Source: Tubiluchus corallicola
Taxonomy: Eukaryota; Animalia; Priapulida
DNA: 64,000 bases
Direction of reading: 5' to 3'
NCBI GenBank assembly: GCA_030141605.1
Contig: JAQGDQ010002366.1
Coordinates: forward strand, 70,660-134,659
The position numbers and the translations under genes are program-made. Of this stretch, positions 51,331 through 64,000 are shown one piece after another. Under the pieces are notes generated by a model. It saw nothing but the letters and a program-made list of their open reading frames with translations, was not told where the DNA came from and did not search any database. Every line of letters begins with the position of its first letter. Positions within the stretch are counted from its first letter, which is position 1.

Positions 51331-51891
51331 TCAAAAAGCAGCCTGCTCACATTTAATTACTGTCGATTCCAACTTATTACTGCAGTAATTTTCAAGCTCT
51401 ATCGATTAAATCTTAGCTGCTTGGAGAGTTAGGGAGATTTTTCCAGAATTGCCAGCTGGAATCCATACAACACAAAGTCGTTAAGGCCGCTACACACAAC
51501 TGCACCACACTGGGAGTCATCTGGAGGAGCCTGATCAGGATTCTGATTTCGACCACTGATTGTAAAGTGATTGATTGATGTCTTGCAAAGACATTTGATG
51601 CCTTATAAATGTAGTTTTTATTTTCTTTTTCTGTTTTTTTTTGTTGACTATTAATTATGGACGAGCATTAATGGTTAAATACAACACTCTAGTTTGCAAA
51701 AATCTTCATTTTTTTCTGTCAGCAATATTTTCAACCTGTTTCTTTGTTTGTATTTCTGTTTCTGTCACAGTTCTGAATTCGGAAATTTGCTGTTTTGTTT
51801 GAATTCCGAATTCTGAAAAACTGGGTTACATTTAAAACAAACTTTTATATTTTTTGGTAGCACATGCTTCATTAATGTACGTCATTTTTAG

Positions 51892-51977
51892 GAATTCCTC
51901 TAAGTGAAAAGTTCGGTTTTTGTCTTGTCACACTACTGTCAGATGTAGCTAGCCGATGTGAATTCTACAAACAACAG
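51892..51977 (+). CDS. PI4KA: PI4KA exon 4
   Basis: ttttttAG|(R)IPLSEKFGFCLVTLLSDVASRCEFYKQQ|GTAATT; 86 nt, phase 1/0. Resembles LPVAESFSFCLVTLLSDVA. Confidence 0.93.
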
Positions 51978-52918
51978 GTAATTACAGATCTATGAAATCA
52001 CATAGCTGTCATTATGCAATTTACAAAGTCTGTATACACTATTTGGAAAGTGTGTATATTATTAATATTGGTCAACGGGTAACATTAATAGTTGATAGCT
52101 TATTAGATTAATGTGTTGTTTGATTTGCAACCAAGGCTCTGACTTTTCTAAAGTAAGCTAAAAAAGCAATCTCGGCCATAGTTGGACACGATCCAAGTTC
52201 CAGACTCGGAATATTGAATAAATAATCAGCGATATGTATATTGTTGTAACAAACGAATTTTTATAAGCAGATACGAAAAGAAAACAAAAAGTGCCAAGAA
52301 ATCTTGGTATTGGTTGCTGAGGTAAAGGCCTATTGTGGGACACTAATCTTAGTATATTAATACAATTGTGTACTCGGCATTGCAAAATAAACTATGACAG
52401 TAGCAATGACAGTAATGAGTGCACCAGGTTGCCCTTCTTATCATCATTGTTATTTGTTTCTGTACAGTTTGCTCTATTGTCACGTTATTTCGCCTCTGGA
52501 GAGCAGTGAAGGGCACACATAGGCAATGTTTCTTTTTGTGTCTTGCAGCTTTTTCCTCATTTTGCCATCACACTGTGCAACTCCTAATCTTAATTACTTA
52601 ATTTAAATCTAATTAAAATTTAAGTTCTAAATTTTACAGATCATTAATCCTAATAAAGTTTTTCTCCAGTTACTAAAATTCACAATAAATCAACACTTGA
52701 GTCCACAGCTTTATTCTGCCACTAATAAATTACCGTGAAATTGGTATTATAAATTATTAAAAAAATGTTTTTACAAACTGTAATACAAGTTTATGCAGTG
52801 ATTCCACATGCACATATGATGGGAATACTAAAGTTACTGCTAATGACAGTTGCTTTTTACTCTCAACTTTTCTATGACTTTTGTTTTCTGTTAATTGTTT
52901 CTTGCTTTTATGTCTTAG

Positions 52919-53012
52919 ATTATAGTAAGTCAAATTGAGCTATTGAAAGTAGCTACTATAATGTGCAAAGGTTTTCGTGAAGAACGTGGACCAAGGAGCA
53001 GTACTGCTAAAG
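52919..53012 (+). CDS. PI4KA: PI4KA exon 5
   Basis: gtcttAG|IIVSQIELLKVATIMCKGFREERGPRSSTAK+1 nt|GTAAAA; 94 nt, phase 0/1 fits both neighbours. Confidence 0.8.
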
Positions 53013-53920
53013 GTAAAACAAATTTGCTAGTATTATTTTTTTGATAAATAATAACAGCTAAATCCATTTTACACGTAGCATCACCATAATTGATTTGATA
53101 TGATTTTAGATGAGTTTTAAGTTTTATACCAAAGTCTGTGAAAACTTTCACACAGTGCAAACTGCAAAATAGAACTGATTTTTTTTTTTGAAAATGTGTT
53201 CAAAATTGTGAGATTTTTGCATCAAGTCTAATGTGAGGTAAGTGTAACACCGGTAATACTCAGATCAATATAATGAATCAATTATAGTTTTGAAAGTTTA
53301 AAAAATTAGAAACAATTCAAAATTAACGTATAATTCGCTTATATAATTTATCATTTTTTGTATAGTAAAAACTACATGAAGTCTGGTCTCCATATTTAGA
53401 TCAACTAACGGTCATATCATCCAGGACTTGTGATCATAATGATATATTAATACTACTACTAGTATTACTACTACTACTACTACTAATAATAATAATAACA
53501 ATCATTACTGTATTGTAACAATTTATTACAGTGCTTTTCCACTGTAAAGTATTTTATTTTATTTATGAAATAGGTAAAATGATTAAAGCACTTACGAATC
53601 TAAAAGTAAAAATTAGTGCACCGTAGGAGAACAAACTGCAAATCTAAAAGGCATTTACTACAACAATTTAAAAATCTATAATTTCTGTTATGCTACAAAA
53701 AATAATATTCTTAAATGAAAAGATAAATGTATGTATATGTATTATATATCAGACAGAGATAATCTGTTAGCACTTAGCTGTTATCCCAAATATATTATCT
53801 GAAAACAAATTATCTTATTTCTACCTAATGCAAATGGCAAGTGATTAAATTATGAAATCTGTGTTATTTGATTATAAAGCTCGGACACTTCTTGCATAAT
53901 TATATTATTCTATTTTGTAG

Positions 53921-54251
53921 TGCATTTGTGTCGAACAGTTGTACCAATTCTTATTGGTGTTGCTAGAGCATTTGGACGAGCTGCTGATGGCGACCCACCA
54001 TTGTTTTGTCGTATATTTCCACCAATAAGAATGCCGCAGAACATCAAACAACCAGTTAAAACTACAGTAAACATGACAAAGCAACGCAGCTTCAACACTT
54101 TTCGCTCAATTATACCAAAGTCAATTTCGCAAAGCTGTTCAGTGGGTCAGGATTTTCTTTCCTTAGCTGTGAAGAACAAAAGTGAGATAGATGCTACCAC
54201 CCATTTAGATTTTTTCCCTATGGTTTCTCAACAAGAAACAGATCAGATGTG
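53921..54251 (+). CDS. PI4KA: PI4KA exon 6
   Basis: ttttgtAG|(V)HLCRTVVPILIGVARAFGRAADGDPPLFCRIFP...QRSFNTFRSIIPKS...ETDQM+2 nt|GTAAGA. Resembles YLCKYAIPCLIGISRAFGR...RRSFNDFRSILP. Confidence 0.93.
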
Positions 54252-55012
54252 GTAAGAATTATTATCAGTTTGATGCAACTTGAGCTGGCTATAGCTTTTG
54301 TAGTGTTACTGAAAGAAACTATTTTCATTAAAAACTTTAAAACATAAAGTACTAAAAGCATGTCAAACATTTCTGCTGCATGGCGTAGTAGTCATTTTCA
54401 GTATGATAGAATTCACAAACTGCAACAAATTTTGTAGATGAAGCCTGCAATATTTGTAAATGTCTAGTAAATATAATATATAGTAACCGAAGATATAGTA
54501 AAACAAACTAATAGAGAAAAAGATATACAGTAAAATATAATTAGGATAAAAATAACTGCCAGCACCCACTTAAGTAGATCTTGGCCTGCACTGCACTGTG
54601 TGTCATTGTAGTTAATTTGTACGTCAGTTGAATGAAAAAGGGTAAAAGTACATCTGTATAGTAGGAGACAAAATAATGGTATTTTTATGATATTTTTTCC
54701 GACGAATATTGTTGTTTAGTTACACTCAGTATCAGAATGAAAGTTTTGTTATTATTTGCTGAGTGCAGTCGATTCGGGTCAGAAGTTAAAAATTAAGCCA
54801 AAAGAAATCAGTACATTTATGACACTGAAATTACCAAGGCACAAAGAATGTTGCAAAATTAAAAGAGTAAAATTTCAGTTATCAGTATTGAAGTAGAAAT
54901 ACCCTTCAGAGAGAGAGAGAGAGAGCTAGAGAATTTATAAATAAAAGGGGAAAATTTTCACCTTTCACGAGATTTGGGCAAAAAATCATAACTGCACAAA
55001 AGCAGTTACTCA

Positions 55013-56783
55013 GGCCGTGTTTCCACTGCTTCCGTATCTACACGCACACACACAGTTTTTTTTTTGTTTGCAAATTTTACATCCGCGGAAGCTTTTTCCA
55101 GTGCATCTGTATTCATTGTGCAGTATTCATATAACAGTGCGGCAAAAATTTTAGCGCGTAATCTAGATTTGGGAGTTTTGAGGCGAACGAAGCATATATT
55201 TCTTTTTAAAGGTTTAAAAATGGCAATAAAGCACGTGACAACACCTAGTTTTCAAAAACCGTGAATATTGGAACAAGTTATAATGGGTGAAAAACAGTGC
55301 CTAAGTTATTTAAGAATGTAACCTGCAACTCTTTGACTTAATTTGCAAATTTTGCACATTTGTATATTGTAGCCTTTTAAATGACGTATACTAAGTTCTC
55401 ACTTAACGACGCTAATGCATTCCAGTGCAACGCTACGTTAAGCGAAACTTCGTTAAATGAAACCAAGATTTCCCAAGAAAGTAATGTAAAAGCACTGAGA
55501 TATGTTCCACAATGCTGCTTAAATCATATAAATTAAACGTTTTATGAGTTTTATTCATATTTTTACTTATTCGTTTCTTTCTGTTTGTTTGAAACCACAT
55601 ATCTTTCTTACCAGCATGTAGCTAGACTTGCTAGCAGTTTCGCTCTCCTTAGCATTGAAGCCTATATAAAGGCAGCTAGCGGTTAAACAATGCGGGCAAA
55701 AGACAAGCCCTGTATGGTGCGACCTTGAGACAATTTCAAGTAGTAATAGTCTGGTTATAATAGCAAAAGGTTGCAGACAAAATTCCTTGGTATAAAGTTT
55801 AAACTAGAGTGTCTGGAGGTGTATGAACTGGTAAATAGATGTCGCTTGATACACATGTTTAGAAATTAATTTGTAGTCAGTCGGGAAGCAAAAACTTTAT
55901 AATAATTGCACAGTTTAGATTACTAATGCGTTTTTAGAGCAGAATAGTGTAATTTGTATCAGTTTAATGCTTCCAGTTAGGTAAAAAAAGTTGTTGCTAA
56001 AATAAAAAATGGCTGCAAGCAAAGTAAAAAATGTCATTTAAATGAAACGTGCATCATTAAGTGAAAAAAGGGTGACAAATGTTCAGCGTCGTTAAAACGA
56101 ACTGTCACTAAATAGGGAGTCATTAAGTGAGGACTTACTGTGTAGTTATATTCTCTTTGATTCTTTGAAATAAAAAGCAGCTTTTATGTTATACAGCTGA
56201 TATAGTTTATCTCTAATAATTTTCTCCATTGTAACTAAAGTTGCAATCATACAATGTAATTTTGAGGAAGTACAATAGGCTTATATGTTTTGCAAATGCA
56301 ATGGGAATACATCAATGGGAAAAATTCAAAATTCTGCAACAATAGCTTGCGTAAATGTTTATGATGAATTTGACAAAATGCACGCGACAAAGAAACACAA
56401 AGTCAGACCCAAATACACAGAAGCATTGAAAAAAGTTAAATCTATATATCAAAACTGAATATTTGTTCTTCATCATTGATCTCTAAAGCTATTACTACCC
56501 ACCTCTGTCTAGTGAAATATCTGTGACTGTATTTAAGGTTATTTTGTTTGCAGAATGAAGGTTTAAACTCTACAGTGTGTATTGAAATGAACTTTTACGT
56601 CCGCAGAAAAAAGGGTTTAGCAATTAAAGCGTGGATATTTGCGTGTCACACCGCTTTCCATGCGGATGCAGTGAAAATGACAAGCACAGAAAGCAATGAT
56701 TTGCAAAGGCATTCTTTTGCTTCAATTTTTTTCTGTCTGAGTGACACAGAAAAATTCCATGCGGACACAGTGGAAATGCTGCC
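55013..56783. mobile_element. PIF/Harbinger-like MITE
   Basis: GGCCGTGTTTCCACTGCTTCCGTA vs reverse complement GGCAGCATTTCCACTGTGTCCGCA; 3-bp flanks TCA/TAA resemble a TWA TSD. Confidence 0.55.
55389..56140. mobile_element. Tc1/mariner-pogo (Tigger-like) MITE
   Basis: TACTAAGTTCTCACTTAACGAC vs reverse complement of the right end CAGTAAGTCCTCACTTAATGAC; TA on the left flank; subterminal CGTTAAG/TTAAGTG repeats. Confidence 0.65.
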
Positions 56784-57117
56784 TAATGCAAGAAAACTAA
56801 TTTTTTATGTTTTTTTAAAGTTCTTTCTCTGAAGAGTATTTCTACTTGTTTACTGGTAACTTAAATTTCACATGTAAGTTTCTAATGGTTTTTATGCCTT
56901 GATAATTTTAGTGTCATAACTGAACTCATTATTTTTGCCATTGATAATGACATTTTTTGCTGTAACAATCTGCATTCAGTAAATAGCATGTTGATTCATA
57001 GATGCTGGCTTTTTCATGTACTTAAAGTTACAAAATAACCTTGGTAACTTGCAGTGTAAATCAATTTTTATAGCTCTGTAAATTATGCATTATATTTGCA
57101 CTCTTGTTTGTTGGTAG

Positions 57118-57247
57118 TTGTGATCTGACGTCCATATTTTTCACAAAGTGTGGTTCCAGCTTTACGTCTGCAGAAGTGAATGGCTTGGTCAAAGAGAACA
57201 ATCCGTTGCAGCTTTCTATCATGCATTTACAAGATGTTTTGGAATCA
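57118..57247 (+). CDS. PI4KA: PI4KA exon 7
   Basis: ttggtAG|1 nt+CDLTSIFFTKCGSSFTSAEVNGLVKENNPLQLSIMHLQDVLES|GTAACT; 130 nt, phase 2/0. Aligns with the YYFSTISSSF...LRELLNL region. Confidence 0.8.
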
Positions 57248-57615
57248 GTAACTATTTTACATTTCATATTTTTTCTGTAAAGTGGCATTTCCTTTTCAAT
57301 TCTAAGACTTAATGGTGTGGCATCTTGTGCAGTTCAGTCTAGCTCATATTTAGATTTAGAATACCTTATGGCATATATTAATTAACTATTTTATATATTT
57401 ATAATGATTCGTCTTCAGTTTGAAGAATTACATCTGCCAGAAAGAAAAGAGGCTGAAAAAATGCACAAATTAGTTATCTATATAGTACAAAAATCTTATT
57501 TTGTTAGATGGTTGCTTGTTTTGAGGTTTGTTTCATGATAAGTAATGTTATTAAGCAAATGTTGGCTTTTCTGTTTATTGCAAAGTTTTTCTTTGCAAAA
57601 TTTATTCTGTTCTAG

Positions 57616-57681
57616 GTGAAAATAATCTTAAACAAAGATTTATTGACAAACTTGGATAAAGTGGCAGACGAAGTTTTTATG
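57616..57681 (+). CDS. PI4KA: PI4KA exon 8
   Basis: gttctAG|VKIILNKDLLTNLDKVADEVFM|GTGAGA; 66 nt. Resembles [22 protein letters not shown]. Confidence 0.85.
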
Positions 57682-59663
57682 GTGAGACAGTTTGTCGTAT
57701 TTGTTGTATTTTTGACATTTTTTCTGTTGTTATAAGTTATTATTTGTATTGTGTTACAGTTTCTTTACATTAAGATTAAATATATATTGATGTGCATGGC
57801 AAGACCAGAATCTTGCTCATTATCAAGACAACCCAATAAAGATGAGCTACTGAACTGGCAGAGGTGTTTGAGCCTTGTTCTGATGTATGTAAATCCTCTC
57901 TCTATTAGGTAATAGTTAAGGATATAAATGTACAAGCAAAATCTGTATAATAGTCCAGCATGCGCCCAGTAACTGAATAGAAAACTTGAACAGTTTTTAA
58001 GCATATTTAAATTAGCTTTTTTTACCATCATTTACATTTAGTTTATTTCAATCATTCATTTAATATCAGTCTAAAAGTTGACTTCATGTAAATGAGCAAG
58101 CTATCAAATAGCACAGACCTAGTCTGTTAGTCCTGATATGCCATTACCAGGTAACTGGCATGTGACTGGTGATTGCATAGATTTTGTTTGGTGCAATCGA
58201 TTACCAATGACATACGAATTTGTCGATGTTTAGAAAAGGTTGTTCACGAACTACGTAATGTGAAATAGATGGATTACGTATCATATTTTTTGAAGAAAGT
58301 CTAGCGAAAATTCTAATATATGTTTAGAATTGGTTGGTAGCTGACTCTATATATAAATTACATATTAAAATATATATATATATGTACGTATATATACATG
58401 TGTATATATATATATATATATGTGTATTGCAAAATATATTTAACAGCATATATATATACCTGCTGTTAAAATATTGTACCCAGGCTATGCCCCTTTTTAT
58501 CCTTTTTTGGCTAGATTATTTTTCCCTTTCGGAATCTGTGACAAAGGGATTTCATGATTCCTGTCTTTCAAAAAAAACAAATCTCAGGGAATATTGACAA
58601 AAATGGATTTTTCAGTGTGGCTGATTATTTATATATACACTCAAATTGGCTTACAAAGTAGTTTGCTAACTGATTAACAATTGATAATATCATTTGGAAA
58701 CCAAAAGAAAATGACTTTTCATCTACCTGCCCCGAAAATTTTGTTTACATCATATTTCATAAATTTTATTTGAAGAAGGATAGGAAAATTTGTTTTTATT
58801 ATTCATGGTTGCTATAACATAATTTTACATTGGTTGCTATAATAGCCAAAACTTGTCCATGCTCAAATGTAAGATTTTCAAAAAGAGCACACACTTATAG
58901 GCATCCAAAATATGCCACTTTGGATGCTAGAGAGGGGTTGCTTTCTGGCCTGGTACCTACAGAGGCATACAATTTATTTCTTCAAGTTGATGCATTTTCT
59001 ATTTCTCAAACGGATTTTTCTTCTTGTGGATCAGTTTTGCATGAAATTGATTTTTTAGAACAGTATTTTGATGACTGGCATGTTCAAAACAAAGTTGACA
59101 GATACAGAATGATTTTTCCAAAAGAACCTTGCTCAAAACCCTTATCATAAAAAATAAAGCCACTAAATATTACTTTATGCAAGACATTGTGTGATGACCC
59201 AAGTAAAGCTGAATAAAATTTACAGTTTTGTAAACCACTATGTGGATTCTATGCCAAATTTCCTGCAAGTAGGTCATAAAATTATTTATGAAGCATTTGA
59301 TATGGTAGTGTTAGGAAATCTTTGGTGTTGCTCTGCGAAAACTGACTTTTCAGTTGCTATTACAATATTTTTTGTATTTATGAGCCCTTGAGAAAATATT
59401 TAAAATGGCACACTTGCTGACATCTTGCTTCAGTACATCTTTAAATTTTTAACTTGAGTTTAAGCATAGAAGAAGCTGTTTAGTAATATCAAGCGAAATA
59501 TATCATATTTACAGTTATATTGCATTGTAAAATTCGTTATACACATAATATAAACATAATTGTAATTACGTAGTAAATTTGTTCATAAAATGTTTGATTT
59601 TGAATAAATTGACCATCATATTGAGACATACCAGCATTTATCTTTTACACTATTGTTTTACAG

Positions 59664-59760
59664 AAGTGCGATGATTCACACTATCCTTATAGGTCATTTA
59701 CTGAAATAATCACTGCAGTTATTCTGGCAATGCTGAAAGAACTGCTTCGTCATGAATCTG
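59664..59760 (+). CDS. PI4KA: PI4KA exon 9 (gene continues beyond the window)
   Basis: ttttacAG|KCDDSHYPYRSFTEIITAVILAMLKELLRHES+1 nt|GTATGC; 97 nt. Resembles [21 protein letters not shown]. Confidence 0.85.
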
Positions 59761-60199
59761 GTATGCTTGTTTTGCTTAAAAGTACAGAACTTTTTTATCA
59801 ATATTAAAATGTTTGTGAAGTTGCTTATTGCATTTGTCTCATTTTGTTGTGTGTTGTCTTATGATAATGTGGAGCTTTGTTGTGTTAGCTAATTCCAATG
59901 ATACACCAACGTGCCCAGCGTCACTCTGGTTGCTAGTTTCCAGTATCCTGTGTCTGGCTTCCAGGCACTGAATATGAGTGCCAGGTGCACTAGCAGCCAT
60001 TCTTAACATATCAAAACCTACAAATAAAAACATATCCTATCTAATTTATGAATTGAAATTATAAGCCACAAAAATGTATGAGCCATGTTTGGAGACAAAT
60101 AATAATAGGAGGAAAATCCACTATGAGAGGTAACAGCAGCAACGAATCATGTACAACAAAATAAAGTCCTATAGATACCATACTGATACCATACAAAGT

Positions 60200-61010
60200 C
60201 TTAAGGCGTAGTTTTGAAGCAAATTGAGATTTAAGTAATTTTCTTTTTTAGTTTTGTGAAAAAGCAAGCAGTCTTATAAGAAGTGAGGTAAAATTAATGT
60301 CTTATATATTAAAATCTTAGTCTGCTTGGATAGCTGGCCCCTAACCTGTTGAAGAAAAGATGTGCTTGAGGCCATTTTGTTGTTTTGTGTCAGCAAAATG
60401 CTCATTCCAAGTAAGTTTATTATCTACATGAACACCTAAGAAATGTACAGTTTTTGATTGATCTATGACTGTGTTTCCAATTTGTAACACTATGTTCGGT
60501 GAGACAGTTGAGTTTTGAAATGGTGTCATAAAATCAAGAATTTAGTTTTATCATTGTTCGTTTTCAGCTTGTAATGTAGAAATGCTGAATTTATATTAAT
60601 AATGTCTTGTTCAAGGTACTGTAATGCCACATTGATATTTTTATGTGCAAAATATATTGTGGTGTCATCGATCAGCATACTGGGTGATGTGAGCATGTTG
60701 TAGAACATGATGTCTATTGTTTACGTATAAGCTAAAGAGTAGTGGCCCATGAAGTGTACCTTGTGAAATACCTCCGTAGCCCAGTCGGAATAAACATTTG
60801 ATTTTAATTTTACCCATTGCATTCTGTCTTGCAAGAATCTTTTGATAAGGTTTATAGATGCCTGATTAAATCCAATTTGTTTGAGATTTTCTAGCAGCAA
60901 CAAGTGATCAAGACTATCAAAATCTTTGCTTACGTCTAAGAAGGTTGTTAATACATACTTAATTTTGTACAGTATAGATCCTAAAAGAAATATAAATTTG
61001 TTTTTCATTT
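60200..61010 (-). mobile_element. LINE RT remnant (CR1/L2-like)
   Basis: TFLDVSKDFDSLDHLLLLENL...RFLQDRMQWVKL, MLIDDTTIY, VHFLGVHVDNKLTWNEH. Confidence 0.8.
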
Positions 61011-61019
61011 GACGTATTA

Positions 61020-63720
61020 TAGAAGTCTGAACACAAGTTATTAATTTTACTGAAAGAGGCAGATCGTAGGTGTTGTTATGTTTTGTGCATCGTAGTGACT
61101 CATCTCCTATTTCATCTAAATTGCAATTTTGACAAATTCATTCTTGAAGTGGTGTCTTATGTGGTTTGTCATGTCTTCCTGTTTTTATAGCTTGTGTGTG
61201 TGAGCTGATGTGTAATTTAGTGAATGCAATTTTGTCTTGTGGTGGTATTGAATTCAGCACCAGATAATTCTCAAGTGTATATGTATTTTTAAATTTACAG
61301 TAGTTTCTTAATTTATTGCCTTCACCATTATTATTAGTATTTTTGTTGATCATCTTGCAGCTTGTTTTTAATTGCTAATAACAAATTTCACTTCTTTGCA
61401 GTTCCCTGATTGTTCAAAATATGTGTAAAACCAATATAGTTTAATAGTTCTTTTACCGAAGTGGCCCAGCTATATATTCCTAGATTAGATTGGTTAAGAG
61501 AGTTTGTGTATGCAGCGTGTACAATGGTTGTTCTAGGTGAATTAGTGACATGTATCCAGTGTCCTATATTCTGCGTAGAATATCAATACCAGTGGGGTAT
61601 TGCCAGAGCTCACCCCTTGTTGCATTTTTTACTGATTTTCAATTTACTTGTAAAATAGATCTTATAGATAGATATCCACAGATCTACAGAGTTTTAAATT
61701 TAGGGCTTCACTTGTAAAATCATCGTAGGAGTTAGATCAATTTTTGGTAGCCAAAATTCGTTTAAAGTTAGTGCAGAATGGACCCAATGTTTCGCAACCA
61801 TAGAGGGCAATCGGTTTAATTAAGTTATTGAGTAATTTCAGTGCCACATTTGAACTACGTAGGTCGGTATGTTTAAAGATTTGGTGCCATGGTCTTTTAA
61901 TTCTATTATAGACTGTCTAAAGGATCCAGAATTAAAAATTTATCCCAAGATATTTGTATCGTTTTTCAACCATTGCGAATTCGTTCTGAAATTTGTAAAG
62001 CTGGTTAGCAGGCATTCTCCCTGACTTATTGAAAACAATTATTTTGGTTTTATCAGTGTTAACTTTAGTTCCACTTGTTACAGTATGTAGACAGATTGTG
62101 TATGGAAATTTTGCAAAACTTCTGATTTGGATAGGAGCACAATGTCGTCAGTATAAGTGAAAAATAAAATCTGTCATATTGTGAAACAACATATTGTGTA
62201 CCCTCCATATTCAGCTTCGTATTGTGTTAAAATCTGGCAAAATTTTGGCTCTTTCTCCCATTTAAAGACATAATATCCACACTCTGTATTATTTACAGTT
62301 TTCAGTGCAGCAGCTGCAATGCTGCTTACCATGGCAAAACATCCAAACACTTTAAAGTAAGAATTTGTGAACATTGGGGTATTTCGTCTAGAACTCGCAA
62401 AAAATTGAAAAATTCTCTTCAATGGAGCATTGTGACCAGAGCTACAAATAACTGGGACTTATTAATAAAAGAAAGTTTATCTATGTACCCTAATAAGCCT
62501 TCTCTGAATGTGCAAAGCAGTTCAATTCCTTTAACTTTATTTTCAAACACTTAGTTATTTGTTGCTGTATCAGTTTCTTTTCTTTGGGTCTGTTTACCTA
62601 TTTGGCTTTTGTAAACACATAATTAGTGCTTAAGTTGCTGTATCAATTTCTCTACTGGTCTGTTTATTCATTACATGTTTGGCTTGTCTTAACTACTTAA
62701 TTAGTGCATAATAAACACTGCTTATATAAACTGGTTGTATGTTTGTAAATTCTCCACTGATGATGACAGCAGCAGGTAGTTGAAATGCTTGGCATGATTT
62801 TAACTTTTAACTTTTTAATGTAAATGTTTTTAATAAAGTTGTGTTTAACTATAAGTAATTTACATAGTTTATTGGTTTATTTAGAGCTTTACTACAGTCC
62901 TTATCAAACCAGGCTTTGTTTTTGTTACATTGTTTGATTTTTTTTGGTTTGTAGCTGGCCCTATTTTGTGGTTTCCGGTTTACAGCTGCGTAGCTGTATT
63001 AATTAGCGGCTGAATTAACGCCATTAACGAGATTTTGTCTGTGAAAGTTCTTTATTTTTTGTAATACATCTAGTCTAATGCATCTAGATAACATTTCTGT
63101 ATCAAAGGTATGCATTTTGCGTTCCATTTCAACTTATTTGGTTAACAGACGCAAATTAGGTCTGCTAGTTATTACATATTACTAGAATTACATAGTTGAA
63201 AATTTCGCATGACCAGAATAAGGCATTTTTTCATCAACTTTAAAGTAAAGTACATTACGTAATAAATCTTTGTGTACTATACAGTAATCAATTAACGACG
63301 CTCTATTTGGTCTGGAACAATTTTGTTTGCCTGATACATCGCCGAGACATATACCGTTTAGAATACGCAATTGTTGGGCTTTACAAATATCAATGAGTTT
63401 TCTCATAATTACATACTGGGTGTTTGTCTTGAGTGTTACGAAAGGATAACAAGATATCATGATCATAGTTGGAGTCATGGGCACAAATCTATCATAGCTT
63501 TATTGTATGAAATCTGGTACATTATAAGTTCTTGCATTCATGTCTCCAATTAAAAATATTTTTCTGAGTAGCACAAACATAGACTTCACTCAACAGATTA
63601 AAAAGTTTTTGTTTAGTTTTAACCAAGCTAATTGAGAGCATGTGACTGGCAAGAACTTAACTCCCACACGAATATTATTCTTAATCAGTAGAGCAATACC
63701 TCCCCACTTATACCTGAACC
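61020..63720 (-). mobile_element. Interrupted LINE remnant (RTE-X-like): endonuclease fragment and RT/C-terminal fragment
   Basis: LIDICKAQQLRILNG...ASLIDYCIV...PYSGH (endonuclease end); GNKLRNYCKFKNTYTLENYL...FTKLHISSHTQAIKTGRH (C-terminal motif). Confidence 0.7.
62545..62860 (+). mobile_element. Penelope-like pseudo-LTR fragment with a degenerate hammerhead ribozyme motif
   Basis: CCA-CTGATGA-T-GACAGC-AGCAG-GTAGTT-GAAA-TGCT-TGG at 62754-62792, followed by a T-rich tract and AATAAA; short internal duplications upstream. Confidence 0.5.
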
Positions 63721-64000
63721 ATTTGGCGTAGCCTTGAGACTTTTGTATGGGGTACCTTCATGCAAGATGATGGTCAAGGTCAAAGGTTATCTCAAGGGCA
63801 TGTCCAAATCAAAGGTAAACAGATAGACACTTCAACAGCTACCTAGCAATGGTGGGCATAGTGGGAACGTCTGAGTCTGCTGAATGCAAGGAATTGGAGT
63901 GGCCTGTCAACTTTTGACAATTCAACATTGACAAATATATTTTAGTTTCCTCTTCTAAGGAACCCAGGTCCAGGATTGTAATAGTTGCAACTATACTGTT

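Larger units (their letters stand above)
54589..57056. mobile_element. Old fold-back element with long degenerate TIRs (CACTGCA...TGCAGTG)
   Basis: 54817-54840 vs reverse complement of 56896-56919 (22/24); 54891-54912 vs reverse complement of 56826-56847 (21/22). Outer ends approximate. Confidence 0.6.

Noticed and set aside
56548-56832. Possible extra PI4KA exon after the ttgcAG at about 56553
   Set aside because: It lies within nested MITE sequence, has no PI4KA similarity, and exons 6 and 7 already join in phase.
58830-59391. 106-aa and 66-aa ORFs between PI4KA exons 8 and 9
   Set aside because: No recognisable homology; exons 8 and 9 are contiguous in the protein alignment. Probably decayed repeat sequence.

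Overview
AT-rich, repeat-dense animal genomic DNA, probably from an invertebrate (GT-AG introns, microsatellites, LINE/LTR/DNA-transposon debris). It holds the 5' parts of two divergent intron-containing genes. (1) A Shaw/Kv3 (KCNC-type) potassium channel on the - strand: a T1-domain exon at 25980-26513 spliced to a second exon at 12000-12203; I found no S1-S6 exons in the window. (2) Phosphatidylinositol 4-kinase III alpha (PI4KA) on the + strand: nine phase-compatible exons from ATG 43118 to 59760 (about 370 codons), most missed by the ORF track. The rest is mobile-element material. It includes a 6.2-kb Mutator-like element with terminal inverted repeats (TIRs) and a 9-bp target-site duplication (TSD), whose spliced transposase gene has lost its catalytic core and which carries a second 9-bp-TSD MITE and a Gmr1-order LTR remnant. 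There are also Gypsy and BEL/Pao remnants, an Academ-like remnant, LTRs, LINE fragments, a compound fold-back in the channel intron, triply nested inverted-repeat elements in a PI4KA intron and a decayed Penelope-type hammerhead motif. I found no convincing evidence of a wholly new biological system; the findings are the best leads. All homology calls rest on recalled family motifs, not on database searches.
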